From NCBI RefSeq assembly GCF_963921235.1, contig NC_086108.1, forward strand, positions 116,004,001 to 116,068,000: 64,000 nucleotides of DNA, in the 5' to 3' direction. Each line of letters starts with the position of its first letter. Within the stretch, counting starts at the first letter, position 1. Below are positions 62,831 through 64,000 of this stretch, piece after piece. The translations under genes and the position numbers were made by a program. The DNA comes from Mobula hypostoma (taxonomy: Eukaryota). The notes under the pieces are model-generated. The model saw only the letters and a program-made list of their open reading frames with translations, was not told the origin of the DNA and ran no database searches.

Positions 62831-63200
62831 AATGTTCTTTACTACAAGATCTTCTTGTTCCACCATTTATACTTTACCTATAGGTTAAGTGTCCTGTATT
62901 ATTTGATTCCAACCTTGGTCACTTTGCAGTCATGTCTCTGTAATAGCTATTAGATTACACCCATTCATTTCCTTTTTTCCTATTAATTCATCTGTCTCGT
63001 TACTAATGCTGTGTGCATACAGATAGCCTTCAGTTGTGCCGATCTGTGTACGCTTTCCCCTGCCTGACGCTCAGGTGAATATTTTGCCCTACAGCAGCCC
63101 CTCAGGGATTTCCCCTCAACACATTCACAACTGAGGGTCAAACTGCAGGATAATTCATTATCAAAAGTTCAAAGTACTTTTATTATCATCAAAATATGTA

Positions 63201-63692
63201 GAATACTGTGCAAAAGCATTAAGCACATATATATAGTGAGTGTGCCTAAGACTGCAGTAATTTTATGTATTACACTGTACTGCTGCCACAAAAAAACAAA
63301 TTTCATGGCATACAGTGCGTGAGTGATGATAAACCTGATTCAGATCTGGGTCTCTTTTGTGGACTGAGAGTGGGAAGGGGCAGGGAGAGGGGAATCATGG
63401 TTGGGAAAAGGGGAAGGGAGAGGAGAGGACTGGAAGCACTAATTGTTTGGGATCAAATGACCTTGCCTGGTGCCTCAGGGCCGGGTGTGTCTGCCCCCCA
63501 CCCCTGGCACTCCTCCTCTGCCACCTGTCCCGCACCCCTCCTGCAGCACTCCACCCTCGGCAATCCCAACATCCTCTGCTCTTGCCAGATTTGAAGACTT
63601 GCTCTTTGCTCCAGGTTGACAAATACAGTACAGTGCTAAAGTGTCAGACACCCTAGTTATACATATGTGCCCTAGGCCTTCTCACCATATCC
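63201..63692 (+). mobile_element. Second copy of the mini-Tc1-bracketed composite element
   Basis: TA-GAATACTGTGCAAAAGCATTAAGCAC start; second module CAGTACAGTGCTAAAGTGTC from 63626; body homologous to 52803-53200. Confidence 0.65.
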
Positions 63693-64000
63693 GACTCTGA
63701 GACTCTCCCGGCAGGCATTCGTAGTCGATACAAAGAAATATAGTAGAGTCAATGAAAAGCTACACACAAATAAAACAGGCCAGCAACCAATTTGCATTAG
63801 AAGACAAACTGTTCAAAAACAAAAATAACTAATAAATAATACGGAGATCATGAGCTGCACAATCTGTGAGAGTCAGTCCATGGGTTGTGGAACCTGTTGA
63901 GTGCTGAGGTGAGTGAAGGACTCTGGTGGTTGAGGGGTAATAACTGTTCCTAAACCTGATGATGTGGGACCGAAGGCTCCTGGGCCTCCTTCCTGATGGC

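Noticed and set aside
63000..63150. Small exon with TACTAAT branch point and CAG|GTGAAT donor
   Set aside because: Weak polypyrimidine tract, equally plausible readings on both strands, no recognisable peptide

Overview
Eukaryotic, repeat-saturated vertebrate DNA. The repeat repertoire (CR1 LINEs with an SGNH-esterase ORF1, V-SINE/HE1-like SINEs, Neptune-like Penelope elements with minimal hammerheads, Rex/Babar tails) suggests a cartilaginous fish (inference). A ~25.7-kb array of a 28-bp monomer (15708-41402) dominates the window, with older 23-bp and 45-bp arrays at the left end. Nearly everything else is nested, decayed retroelements, two solo LTRs with 5-bp TSDs and Tc1-type MITE composites. 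The only host-gene candidate is a minus-strand gene start: a CpG-rich island with an RFX X-box and CCAAT box (~15.0-15.7 kb) and two candidate exons. Highlights: (1) a ~560-bp non-coding, probably RTE-derived element in a (TA)n tract whose 5' end folds as a complete HDV-like ribozyme with an extra hairpin in L3; (2) the 28-bp and 45-bp satellites both appear to have arisen in situ from different pieces of CR1 ORF2; (3) a TSD-flanked 108-bp Penelope-end insertion that is little more than an intact hammerhead; (4) a two-copy composite element bracketed by mini-Tc1 hairpins. All family assignments are by eye, without database searches.
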